Positions 1-12,100 of a DNA stretch of 64,000 bases are shown piece after piece. Origin of the DNA: Tubulanus polymorphus (taxonomy: Eukaryota > Animalia > Nemertea); contig NC_134034.1 in the NCBI RefSeq assembly GCF_964204645.1, positions 10,366,962 through 10,430,961 of the forward strand, given 5' to 3'. Made by a program: the position numbers and the translations under genes. How positions within the stretch are numbered: the first letter of the stretch is position 1; each line of letters starts with the position of its first letter. Under the pieces are notes generated by a model. It was given only the letters and a program-made list of their open reading frames with translations. It was not told where the DNA came from and made no database searches.

Positions 1-295
1 GCCGCACGAAGAGTGGGAGAAAAGTGGAGGATCGTTATATTAACGTATCTATGGAAATTCGGATTCTTTTATAAACAAAAGATACGCCGAAAAAAATTCG
101 CAAAATGTGACGCCACCCGTCGTTCGTGGTTCTTCGATCCTATTCAACAAAAAGGTTTATTTTATAGAAGTTGGTTGTAGACCGAACAGTTGCTATCGAC
201 ATTTTCAATTTTTTGGATATGCTCAGAATTATTATTTCAAAGTTTTTTTAAAAATGAAATCCGGTTGAGATGAGACTATGGAATTATTCAAATTT

Positions 296-945
296 ATCAT
301 ATTTTACCCCGAGTTGGTGTCAAAATACTGAGTAAGAGTTTATGAAATACAGTAGACTCTGTCTCTTACTGCGGTAAAGTTGATACTGGTAAAATTCTAC
401 CCCGAGTTTGTGTCAAATACTGATTAAGTGTTTGTAAAATACAGTAGACAGTCTCATACTGCGGTAAAGTTGAAACCGGTAAAATTCTACCCGGAGTTGA
501 TGTCAAATACTGAGTAAGAGTTTGTGAAATACAGTAAACTCTGTCTCTTACTGCGGTAAAGTTGAAACCGGTAAAATTCTACCCGGAGTTGATGTCAAAT
601 ACTGAGTAAGAGTTTGTGAAATACAGTAAACTCTGTCTCTTGCTGCAGTTAAGTTGAAACCGGTAAAATTCTACCCGGAGTTGATGTCAAATACTGAGTA
701 AGAGTTTGTGAAATACAGTAAACTCTGTCTCTTACTGCGGTAAAGTTGAGACCGGTAAAATTCTACCGCGAGTTGTTGTCAAATACTGAGTAAGAGTTTG
801 TAAAATACAGTAGACTCTGTCTCTTACTGCGGTAAAGTTGAGACTGGTAAAATTCTGCCCCGAGTTGGTGTCAAATACTGAGTAAGAGTTTGTGAAATAC
901 AGTAAACTCCGTCTCTTACTGCGGTAAAGTTTCTACCGCGAGTAT
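296..945 (+). repeat. 92-bp tandem repeat family (array 1, about 7 units)
   Basis: Unit gagtttgtgaaatacagtagactctgtctcttactgcggtaaagttgagactggtaaaattctaccccgagttggtgtcaaatactgagtaa; period 92 measured at 481/573/665. Confidence 0.95.
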
Positions 946-1447
946 GTGTCTAAAAGTTTCTTACTCGAAGAAGTTGCATCGGCAGTGTTTCGTGGCAGAC
1001 GAACGTAGGTCAAGGTCACATGTTTAAGAGATAGCTTCGCCTCACCTGCATGGCCACGTGGTCACGGGTAACTTCGCATTATCATTTTTCGTACATACAC
1101 AAGAGCATCGGAAAATACAGTTCGTTGATAAATGTTTTTCGCCGATTGTCGGTGGTTATTTGCGCCGCGGCATCAGCTGGCGTTTTTCCCGGAAATACGC
1201 ATGCCTGACGCAGTCGCAACGGTCATAATTACCCAATTCAATTCGCATTAAGAAACATTAAGAAAACGGCGCACAATACAACACGGCGCAGGAGCGCGCC
1301 GGCCGCAGTGGCTTGTCGATTTTATATATGAATAAGTATCGAATGAAGAACGGCCAATTGGAGATATAGAGACCAATCCCTAAAACCGAACAAAAGTATT
1401 GAGAAAAAAGACGTTTGACTTTGTGTTGGTTTTATTTGACTGATCGA

Positions 1448-2025
1448 GTTCCACAATTGTGCAGGTTAAATTTGACTCTGAATCTAGTTCCACAGTTAAG
1501 CGGCTTTAATTTGACCCTGAACCCAGTTCCACAGTTTGTATAGATTTAATTTGACTCTAGAATCCAGTTCCACAGTTGTGTGGGTTTAATTTGACTGTGG
1601 ATCCAGCTCCACAGTTGTGTAGGTTTAATTTGACGCTGAACCCAGTTCCACAGTTGAGTGGGTTTAATTTGACTCTGAACCCAGTTCCACAGTTGTATAG
1701 ATTTAATTTGACTCTAGAATCCAGTTCCACAGTTGTGTGGGTTTAATTTGAGTGTGGATCCAGCTCCACAGTTGTGTAGGTTTAATCTGACTCTGAACCC
1801 AGTTCCACAGTTGTTTGAGTTAAATCTTACTCTGGACCTAGTTCCACAGTTGTGTGGGTTTAATTTGACTCTGGATGCAAGTCTGACAGTTATGTGGGTT
1901 AAATTGACTCTGGACTCAGTTCCACAATTGTGTGGGTTTAATTTGACTGCGGATCCAGTTCCATTGTTGCGTGGGTTTAATTTGACTCTGGATCCAGTTC
2001 GACAGTTGTGCGGGTTTGATTTGAC
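1448..2025 (+). repeat. 39-bp tandem repeat family (array 1)
   Basis: Unit ggatccagttccacagttgtgtgggtttaatttgactct. Confidence 0.95.
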
Positions 2026-2287
2026 CTCCCTCCCTCCCTCCCTCCCTCCCTCCCTCCCTCCCTCCCTCCCTCCCTCCCTCCCTCCCTCCCTCCCTCCCTC
2101 CCTCCCTCCCTCCCTCCCTCCCTCCCTCCCTCCCTCCCTCCCTCCCTCCCTCCCTCCCTCCCTCCCTCCCTCCCTCCCTCCCTCCCTCCCTCCCTCCCTC
2201 CCTCCCTCCCTCCCTCCCTCCCTCCCTCCCTCCCTCCCTCCCTCCCTCCCTCCCTCCCTCCCTCCCTCCCTCCCTCCCTCCCTCCCT

Positions 2288-2379
<92 letters not shown>

Positions 2380-2387
2380 CTCTCTCC
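2026..2387. repeat. (CCCT)n followed by (CT)n microsatellite
   Basis: Direct inspection. Confidence 0.98.
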
Positions 2388-3110
2388 CGGCTGATCATCC
2401 GATTTATAGGGACGTATTGTTGTTGACTTGACTCGCTAAAGGCCAGGTGGTACAGTCTCTTTCATCGACTCTACAAGAGAAGGACGACACGAAACATTTT
2501 TTCAAACTTGGCGTATAACACTTGATGCACGAACTCCCTGTAGCGAGTGTCAGCATATCGAGTGATTGATTCTACACACACGTGGCCGCAGTTGAAACCA
2601 AAAACGTATTAACTCGCTCATTGTGTCCGCGCGCAAATTCGGCTATACGCGTCGCAGGCTCAGCTCCTCCGCGAATACACAATAATCAAAATTTATTAAA
2701 AATGGTTTAGATATTCGGTAAAAGACTTTCATGAACGCGCCGCTGTTATGGGGCCGATGAAAAGCACGGTGAAATACATAACATTGAGATACGAAAATTG
2801 TTATTGTTAAAAAAGAAACATTAAGACAAATTCGTTCGTTTAAAAAGGTATTTTTTCATGTTTGAGTAAAATCTTTCGAATGTACTAGGACTAGATCTAA
2901 TATGACTAGGCAGAACGTTCCAAAAAGCAGGAGCAGCAAGGCGAAGGCGAAGGGTAACTGACAACTGATAAACTTGACTCCGTTAGATCGGACAAAACGC
3001 TTATCTCGAATATGACAACCAAAAATTAAAATCTGCGAAAGATGCTTATCGCAATGATACGCTAGATATTCATGCATCGCCTCACAATGTTAAGTATCTA
3101 ATTCCCGATA

Positions 3111-4162
3111 CAGTGAAACCTCGTTATAACGAACTCTGATACAACCATTCATCGGAACTAACAAATATAGAATCTCGTCCCGAGTGGGGAAATTTAATTA
3201 GTCGACCCCCCCCCCCCCCCGAAATACAACCCACATCGGTGCAGAACGATTTTGGCGGTATATAGGGGGTGTTTTACTGTATTTGTATAGAGATGTACAT
3301 TGAGAATACCTGGCGGTAGGCGGGGGTGGCGGTATAGAGTATGGCGGTATATCGGGGGTGTTTTACTATGTATGTGTATAGAGATGCACATTGAGAATAC
3401 CTGGCGGTAGGCGGGGTTGGCGGTATATGGGAGGGTGGTATATCGGGGGTGTTTTACTATGTACAAGCGGGTCACTGGTACGGAAAAGTATTTCGAATTT
3501 GTTGAATAAACAGAAATGAAAATTCGTTGGAATAACCACGCGGTTGGACTTGCGTCATTTGTCGGGTCGATGTACACCGAAAAAGTTGGAGGGAATATTG
3601 AGACCCGAAATATTCCCATTAGATTTCCTTATAAATTCGATCGCTGAATCGGATATACGTAGTCGAAAACTTGCCAAATTCTAATTGTCCCTAGAGACAA
3701 ATCCTTCGCCCAGGCCCGAATTTTGTAACGAACATAATGATGAACTATCGGTTTTCAGTCGAAAAGAAAGCGACTTATATGGAGTCCATGGTTTTTCTTT
3801 TTTATTTTTGATCTTAGCCTATCTTGAATAGGGATTTTCCATGTTATCTATTTGGCTGCTGGTAAATTTCGTTTAATTTTTTGATTGAGTGTCCCTTACA
3901 GACCCACCACACCTGCCGGGAGCGAAACAGGGGGTTTGATTTTGAAATCGAAAATCGAAGTATACAAATATAGTTGTGTGATCGACGGTCGAGTTAACAG
4001 GGTTTTTTTGAAATCGAAGTACATAATTGGAAATTCGGTTCCATGGTTTTGACCAACGGACTTTCTTGCGCGCTGAACGTAACAACGTTCCGATCTATAT
4101 AGCGGTTATAACGAACAGATTTGCTGGTCTCCTGAAGTTCGTTGTAACGAGGTAACGTTGTA
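3111..4162. mobile_element. Tc1/mariner (pogo/Tigger-like) non-autonomous element with nested repeats
   Basis: Left TIR TA|CAGTGAAACCTCGTTATAACGAACT at 3111; right end AGTTCGTTGTAACGAGGT...TG|TA is its imperfect reverse complement. CAGT start and TA flank are typical of pogo/Tigger. Confidence 0.65.
3790..4050 (+). repeat. Dispersed repeat family E (other copies about 5215-5400 -, 9620-9860 +, 17340-17510 -)
   Basis: Shared core ...ttgattgagtgtcccttaca.acccaccacacctgccggg...gggggtttgattttgaaatcg...atcgaagtacataattgg. Confidence 0.8.
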
Positions 4163-4635
4163 TATAGAACTAGCGGTTATAACGAACAGATTTTCTGGTC
4201 TCCTGAAGTTCGTTGTAACGAGGTTACGTTGTATATAGAACTATCGGTTATAACGAACAGATTTTCTCGTCTCCTGAAGTTCGTTGTAACGAGGTTACGT
4301 TGTATATAGAACTATCGGTTATAACGAACAGATTTTCTAGTCTCCTGAAGTTCGTTGTAACGAGGTTACGTTGTATATAGAACTATCGGTTATAACGAAC
4401 AGATTTTCTCGTCTCCTGAAGTTCGTTGTAACGAGGTTACGTTGTATATAGAACTATCGGTTATAACGAACAGATTTTCTGGTCTCCTGAAGTTCGTTGT
4501 AACGAGGTTACGTTGTATATAGAACTATCGGTTATAACGAACAGATTTTCTGGTCTCCTGAAGTTCGTTGTAACGAGGTTCCGTTGTATATAAAACTATC
4601 GGTTATAGCGAACAGATTTTCTGGTCTCCTGAAGG
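4097..4635 (+). repeat. 71-bp tandem repeat (about 7.5 units)
   Basis: Period 71 (cctgaag at 4131, 4202, 4273 ... 4628). Confidence 0.95.
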
Positions 4636-5592
4636 ACTATATCACTTAGAACAACACTTTTCTCACCTGCTGAAGAGGTACGAATTTTTCATTTTCGCTC
4701 AACGACGACTAAATGACGAAGTCCAAATAAATTATATTATCTATTTTGAAAGCGGCGCGTTTCGCACATCGACAATGATGATAAATGCTACGTCAAAAAA
4801 AACAATGCGCCTTTTTTCGCGTATATTCCGACCTTAAGAATAGTGGCATTTACAAATGGCCGCCTATTTATAATCGATGATAAATAGAAACTCGAAGGAA
4901 ATGATAAATAGTTTTTTTTTCCCACTCGCGTTCGGCGAGTCTTGTCTGGGTGTTTTGTTTACGATTCGACATACCTTATCTCACACTGGCCCGGTGCAGC
5001 TGGCCCGTTCCCGCGCACCCATACCCCCGGTCGTCGTATTTGGTCCGTTTTTTCCGCTTTTATTTCATATCTCTTTCTTTCTTCTTTCTTTCTTGCGTGG
5101 TGATCGTCTGCTATAGCGTAATTTCCGAGAAAGGCGTCTGCTGACCGTCGAACGCCCGCGATATCTCCGTTTCGAGACATTCACCTGCTTTTGATCGATA
5201 TGTTCAGCAGGTTCGAACCCCGTCCATCAACCAAAACCTAAACCGCAAACACTTCCTGTAGATTCGACCGCCGATCTCATAACTATATCTGTACTTCGAT
5301 TTCCGATTTCAAAATCAAACCCCCTGTTTCGATTTCAGGCATGGGTGTGATGGGTTGGTAAGGGACGTCAAATTAAAAAATCACAAATCAAACGAAATCT
5401 ACCAATCAAATAGATACCAGAGTTACTTTAAGATCAAAGATAGAAAAGGTCTATACTGCGCCCAGAGGATCCAAATCCCATTCAGCCCCCACCCCTTAAA
5501 TCCGTCCCTGTACCACGCACCACCGACCCCTTCCCATGCAGTGGAAAAGGCTTTTTCTTGTAACTGTACGCGGTAAAGAGGAAAACTATGAA

Positions 5593-5688
5593 TTTTGGAA
5601 GCCGACTCTATCGAAGCCTCCCTGATTTTGGAAGCTGACTCTATCGAAGCCTCCCTGATTTTGGAAGCTGACTCTATCAGAGCCTCCA
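5593..5688. repeat. 33-bp tandem repeat x3
   Basis: Unit ttttggaagctgactctatcgaagcctccctga. Confidence 0.9.
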
Positions 5689-8600
5689 TGATTCTTTACC
5701 ATAAACAGCATCGGAGAAAAAAAAGCGAAAAAGGAGCGTCGTGCGCACGCGCACGCACGCACACGCACGCACGTAAAGAAATATAATCATATTAAAAAAC
5801 AATAGACCGGATTCAAAATCAAGTCAAAAATGAATGAGCTTCCATTCGTACAATCGTCGCGGACAGTTGCAACAGACATTGAGCACGGTGTCGGCTGTCG
5901 CCCAGTCATCAATAGGTCGACATTCGGTATATCCCGGATTCTAATTGAGATTTTTCCGTTCGCCTTAGTCAATCGACGGCTGTTGAATTTATCGCCGCGT
6001 CGAAAAAAAAAACAACAAACGTCACCGATCAATATTTTGTCGGCCGACGTCGCTCTGAAGCGGTAGTGTGTCGGTCCGTTCAATCGAAATCCTATTCATA
6101 CGCGACCCGAGACGCGGCGCACGCCGGGTCGAGCGCGTGCGCCGTCCGCCGTCGAAAATTAGAAACTGAGCATTCTGCGGCGTACGAAACGACGACTTGA
6201 TAGAAACAATACGCGCACACGTGTCTCAAGGAGTTTGTCTCTTATGATTAATTTCTAATATAATTCCAATTTATACCTTGTGTTCACGTCTACGCGTCCG
6301 CGCGCGGATTTTTTGTTGTCGCATAATGTTTTCTTTTTTTTTATTTTAAACAGTTCGTCTACCTACGTCCGGGACCCGGCGCGTGCGGCGCGGCCGGATA
6401 TCTATAGGTTGGTTTTTCCGTCGACGAATAATGAAAAGATGTTGAATTGTTTCCGCGATACATTGTTAACGGCGACGGCTTCGGCGTGTTCGTTATCTTT
6501 AAGGTACACGATGTATCAGACCACTTTACAGAACCCTCAGGTGCAGACGGCCCCTGGGCTTTGCCTCGAGCCGTCGCGGCTTTCTTCGCCGCTGCGCGTA
6601 GTTGATTAAATCGTTTCTGCACGTTTTGTCGACCCGACCAGACGAACTTATATAGACTTGAAGCGCGACTACAGATCCGCCCAACTGCGCGTAAACGTAC
6701 GGACGAGACGAATCGAGTACTTTAAAAATAACCGAACTACATCGGCCTGGCCTGCGACACGCTACGGCGAAATACGCGTTATAAGCCCAACTCGCAAGAC
6801 GCAGCGAAACACGCACGCGCCGAACACAGACACGCGGAAGCTAACAATTCAATTCAATTTATCTTGAAGAAGTGTCATTACAGATTTAATACAAAATAAA
6901 ACAGAAGAAATAACAAAATGAAATATAGATCATTCCGCGCGCAAAACAGGGGCGAGGATCCAGGGGCTGACCTTGACAGGAGCACAAAGAAATGAAGATG
7001 GGCAAGTTACGTATCCACGCAGCCAAAACGTGGGATATTCAGCAGAATATAAGCTAGAATATCGGGTGGAAAAGTGCCCTGAAAAAGGTTGCCACTGCGT
7101 ATTTCACAAGAGGGCAGGGAAAATTGCGATGGGCGCTCTAATATCCACACTTGGATTCAGTGATCCAGGTCTTGGATGATAGAGCTTCATCGATTCGCCA
7201 AGCCAATATGCCATCTCTGCATCGTTGACATTACAGTTTTGAATTCATGTTTCGTGTTTGATTTCGGAAGAGTCGCTCGGACACGTGTTTTTGTTTCCTG
7301 TTTCCGTGTTTGCAAAACTGCGGTCAATAAAATCAAGCGACGCGGAGCGACAGGAAGCCCGAGACACACGACACGGAGTAACCCGGATAGAGAGAAACGC
7401 GTCAACTTGGAAACAAACGTGTTTGATCCCGGAAACATTTTCAACCTTGTTTCTTCTTAATTAAGTCAAGCGACTCGGGATGGAAGCTTCCTCCCGGAGC
7501 GAGCCGAGTACAGCTTTTAAACTTTGACGCTAGCGCAATCGGCGGACGAGTAAACAAAGTCTACCCCGTGTTTTACTTTTGATCAAGCCAACAATAACAG
7601 ACCCAAGGCTATACTGTAAAAAATCTAGCTTTCTTCCAGTCACGGTTGTGGAAGGCTGAGGCTCTCTTCAAGTTTAAAATCAATTTCGCAGAAAGCTTAT
7701 AATATGGCTGGCTATATACACAGAGATTAAAGGGAAGAAAATAAACGATAATTTCACAATTCTTCAACGGGCAAAATTATAAACAGAGAAAGAACAGTAT
7801 GGCTGCTTTCTGTTTGAGATCAGCAAGCTTACAGTAAAAAGGGGAAGGAGTATGAGAAAAATATAGTGAAAATTTAAGGACAGTTGTTTATCGAGTAAGC
7901 TAGAAATTGAGTTCGATCATTGCGTAATATAAATGTGACGTATCCTAGCGATGACGTAATACCTGCCGCCGTTAGGTGTCGCATAATTGGCGTAATAACG
8001 AGTTCGATTTCAATTCGATTAAAAACTGATCTACTTCACTCTCGCTCACAATGTATATATAGAGTAACTCTATGATGCGTGCGGACATCTGCACCACCAC
8101 GCGCCTCTATTATCCACGATGACCACCAATAGGTCGAATCGGACGAGCGGTACTCCGGCCGGCCTCGGGCTGAAGTGTGACCAATTCAAACCATACTTGA
8201 ATAGTATTATGAGAGTTTTATTTGAGAGGGGTCAACGACGCACATCTGAGGGTACCATCAGCTGCTACAATCCACCTGGTCAGTTCAAGGTCTGCTGGGC
8301 TTATATCGATTTTTTACGACGGCCCCATTTTCGCGTATGATTGACGACATGTCACGCGATCGAAAGGTCAACATGCAATTATTACGTATATTATCTAACA
8401 TCATTAGCGTTTATATATTCTTTTCGAACGACCGGACTATAGACTGTCGACAGTGTTTCAAAGATAATTCATAATAATACGTTGAAATCAAGACATAATA
8501 CAAGCATTTTCAAGCATTTTATAGATATGTAATTAGGTACATCAGGGAAGTGTGATGAGACTCATCACACTTCCCTGGGAATGAGAATCTCGACGAAGGT

Positions 8601-9889
8601 GCCTAATAAGCTAAAGGCAGAAACAATGGGTCACCTCTTGGCTTCCTTTCCAGTATAAAGTGATATGTTTGTTTTTAGATGCGTCATTTCAACGATATAA
8701 AAAGAATAGACACCGATATGAAAATGCTACAGTTCATTTCCAGGCTTTTCCATCCGGGTCCTATACACAGAAACAGTTAAAGATAGTAGGAGATGATTTG
8801 ATAATATTGTTGTGATTTAACTTGAATTTCTGTATAAAAGATTAATAAAAGATTAATCTGATTTTTCCTACTGCACAAAAAGTAGCATTTATTCCGATGT
8901 CGTATAATTTGGTGGCACTTTGCAACTTGAAATCGGGATCGTCCCCGTTATTTACTTGGTCGGTATAGATTTAGTCCGTTTTATTTTGATTTTGTGTCCC
9001 TTGCAATCGCACCAAACCTCCACAGTATACGAAAACCCCCTAGACAACATATACAAGTTCCGATGGCTTGCGCAGAACTGATTAAAGTTCCGTATACAGA
9101 TTACTAATGAAACAGAATGTCATTTCATCAATAAACAGTTTTTCAATTGTTTCCGTTCTTGAATGCGGGCCTGAGGTGAATATATATATATATATATGTA
9201 TAAAAAAGGCATATAGGCATCGATGATTAATCAACAATGTACTTTTCTGTGATATATATATGTATAAAAAAGGCATATAGGCATCGATGATTAATCAACA
9301 ATGTACTTTTCTGTGCACTGCGCGCGCGCGTATTGTATCTCCTGTAACAATGGTAAAAATATGGATTGAATTGTGTATCAGAAAAATGTTTCATTTTCGT
9401 ATTGAGAATCTCTCTCATTGTCTTCGTACGTAAACCTAATATACCTGTGACCCCCTGAACCCCTGGCACACGTGACGCTCGGTGAATGTGTCTTCATTAC
9501 CAGCGTCTTGTGGCTCATAGCGACTCGCATCATCAATATATATATATGTATATATATATTGAACCTATACACGCCCTGACAACAGCCATGGGTTCACTCG
9601 GACTACCATTAAGCTTGCTTTTTTTGTTGTTTTTTTATCTTAAAATAGGGATTGACCCTGTTATTTATTTGGTTGGTAAATTTCGTTTGAATTTTTTTTT
9701 TTGATTGAGTGTCCCTTACAAAGCCACCACACCGGGGGTTTGATTTTGAAATCGGAAATCGAAATACAGATATATAGCTGCGGTCGAGTTTACAGAATTC
9801 TTATTCTTTTGTTCTTATCGAAGTACATAATTGGGAAATTCGGTTCCGGTTCATTCAAACAATCCTCCATTCAGTCTGAACCGGCAAGC

Positions 9890-10002
9890 GACTGATTGGG
9901 GTTATTTTTGGCTGCCTAATTTAATACATCGAAATTTTGGAAATAACTATATCACAAGGTTGAAGATCATTTTGTCAATTTTTATAGTTTTTGGTCGATT
10001 TC
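9890..10002 (+). repeat. Dispersed repeat (second copy about 11174-11290)
   Basis: gactgattgggg...ggctgcctaatt...tatatcacaaggttgaagatcattttgtc present at both sites. Confidence 0.8.
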
Positions 10003-10411
10003 TACGTGTAGATAGTCCGATAGTTTAAAGGAAGTTCGCATGGAAAGAGTTAATGTAGTTTTTTCTCGGGTAGATGTTGATGTAGAAGTCAAGTCCTCTA
10101 AGTTGATTGTCCCGCGTGTTGACTAGATAGAATGGAAGCACATTTCGAAACGCAAATTATCCAGATGAGTATGGTCCTGGGGTATCCGAAGTGTAGTCGT
10201 GACATCGACGGTCCAGCTCAGACGAGGATGGGTTCTCCGTCAAGGGGTGCGCAGTTGGTACTTCACATCTGGTGATGAGTTTGCCTAAAAGTAAAAGTTT
10301 TTGCACGGGGAGCAGTTTTGTGTTTCTAATATACAGTGCATAGTTAGGTCCGTGGATGCGTCGCAATTAAATTGACAGTGCTATGCGCATTGAGCTTGTT
10401 AGTCGTTGGGT

Positions 10412-10680
10412 TGAATCCAGTTCCACCAGTTGCGTGGGTTTGATTTGACTCTGGACTCAGTTTTACAGTTGCGTGGGTTTCAACGTGGCTATGTATCCAA
10501 TTCCACAGTTATGTGAGTTTAATCTGTCTCTAGAGTCAGTTCCTAGGTTTAATTTGACTCTGGATCCATTTCCACATTTGTGTGGGTCTAATTTGACTCT
10601 GGATCCAGTTCCCAAGTTGCGTGGGTTTAATTTGAATCTGGATCCAGTTCCACAGTTGCATGGGTTTAATTTGACAGTGA
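10412..10680 (+). repeat. 39-bp tandem repeat family (array 2)
   Basis: Same unit as 1448-2025. Confidence 0.9.
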
Positions 10681-10959
10681 ATCAATACGAATACGAATAC
10701 CAATACACTGGGCTCACACTTATATGCCTAATGTACTATTTAAAATACATATCTACACACTACATGTACTACCGGAGGGATTTATTTACATCTAGACCTA
10801 TTTTGATAAATTGAGCCTATTCTAAGGTTGGATTTTTTTTTGATACATCAAAGTTCCCCAAGGTATTTGTATCGAAGTAGTTTTCACGGGCCATTACGCT
10901 CCAACCATTTCCATGGTATATGGATGAAAACTATTAGAATTTAAAGAATAACGTAATTA

Positions 10960-11081
<122 letters not shown>

Positions 11082-11727
11082 TAACTATTTACAATACATT
11101 GGAGGGATCTATATACATCTAAGCCGGTTTTAATGAATTTAGCCAATTCGGCCGTTGGGTTTTTGAAAATACCGACTGATTGGGGTGAATTTTCGTGGCT
11201 GCCTAATTTTATACATCTTAATTTTTGAAATAGCTATATCACAAGGTTGAAGATCATTTTGTCCATTTTCATATTTTTTTTGGTCGTTTTCACCGGTGGT
11301 ATTATAGCGGTTTAGGTAATACGGTAAATGCGTGGGACCTATACCCAACCTGACCGCGTAGTAACCATTGTTAGCAATTATACAAAATGTTGTTAGCAAA
11401 ATGTTGTCGGCTGCGGAACTTAGCTCGGGACTGCTCGGGGCCAAAGTATCGTATAATCGGAGATTTTTCCAGTTGACTTTTGATTCCTGAATTTGCGATG
11501 AACGCCACGTTGGTCCTGGACAAAGATTTGCCCTTTGCCGACCCGTGGCCGATTTGATGGCCGAATTCGTTCTTTCAATTGTCTGCGCGCTTATTGTATT
11601 CGCTATAACTGTTTATTAGACTAAGATTTCATCCTCAATTTCACCGGCAACATGTTCCTAAATCACGTTCACGCGTCAAGTGAATTGATAGATTACAATG
11701 GAAATCGATTGCGCTTATGTTGGAAAC

Positions 11728-12100
11728 TTTGTCTCTTACTGCGCTAAAATTGAGACTCGTAAAATCCTACCCCGAGTTGGTGTCAAATACTGAGTAAGAG
11801 TTTGTGAAATACGGTAGACTCAGTCTCTTACTGCGGTAAAGTTGAGACTGTAAAATTCTACCCCGAGTTGGTGTCAAATGCTGAGTAAGAGTTTGTGAAA
11901 TACAGTAAACTCTGTCTCTTACTGCGGTAAAGTTGAGACTGGTAAAATTCTACCCCGAGTTGGTGTCAAATACTGAGTAAGAGTTTGTGAAATACAGTAG
12001 ACTCTGTCTCTTACTGCGGTAAAGTTGAGACTGGTAAAATTCTACCGCGAGTTGGTGTCAAAAACTGAGTAAGAGTCTGTGAAATACAAGAAACTCTGTC
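11728..12100 (+). repeat. 92-bp tandem repeat family (array 2)
   Basis: Same unit as 296-945. Confidence 0.93.

Noticed and set aside
296-945. CRISPR-like appearance of the regular arrays (92, 71, 66, 39 and 36 bp)
   Set aside because: Units are contiguous with no unique spacers, there are no cas genes, and the context is eukaryotic with spliceosomal introns.
1733-2431. 232-aa ORF and the other CGFNLTLDPVPQL-type ORFs (10473, 20839, 21071, 34551, 34871)
   Set aside because: Translations of the 39-bp satellite and microsatellites.
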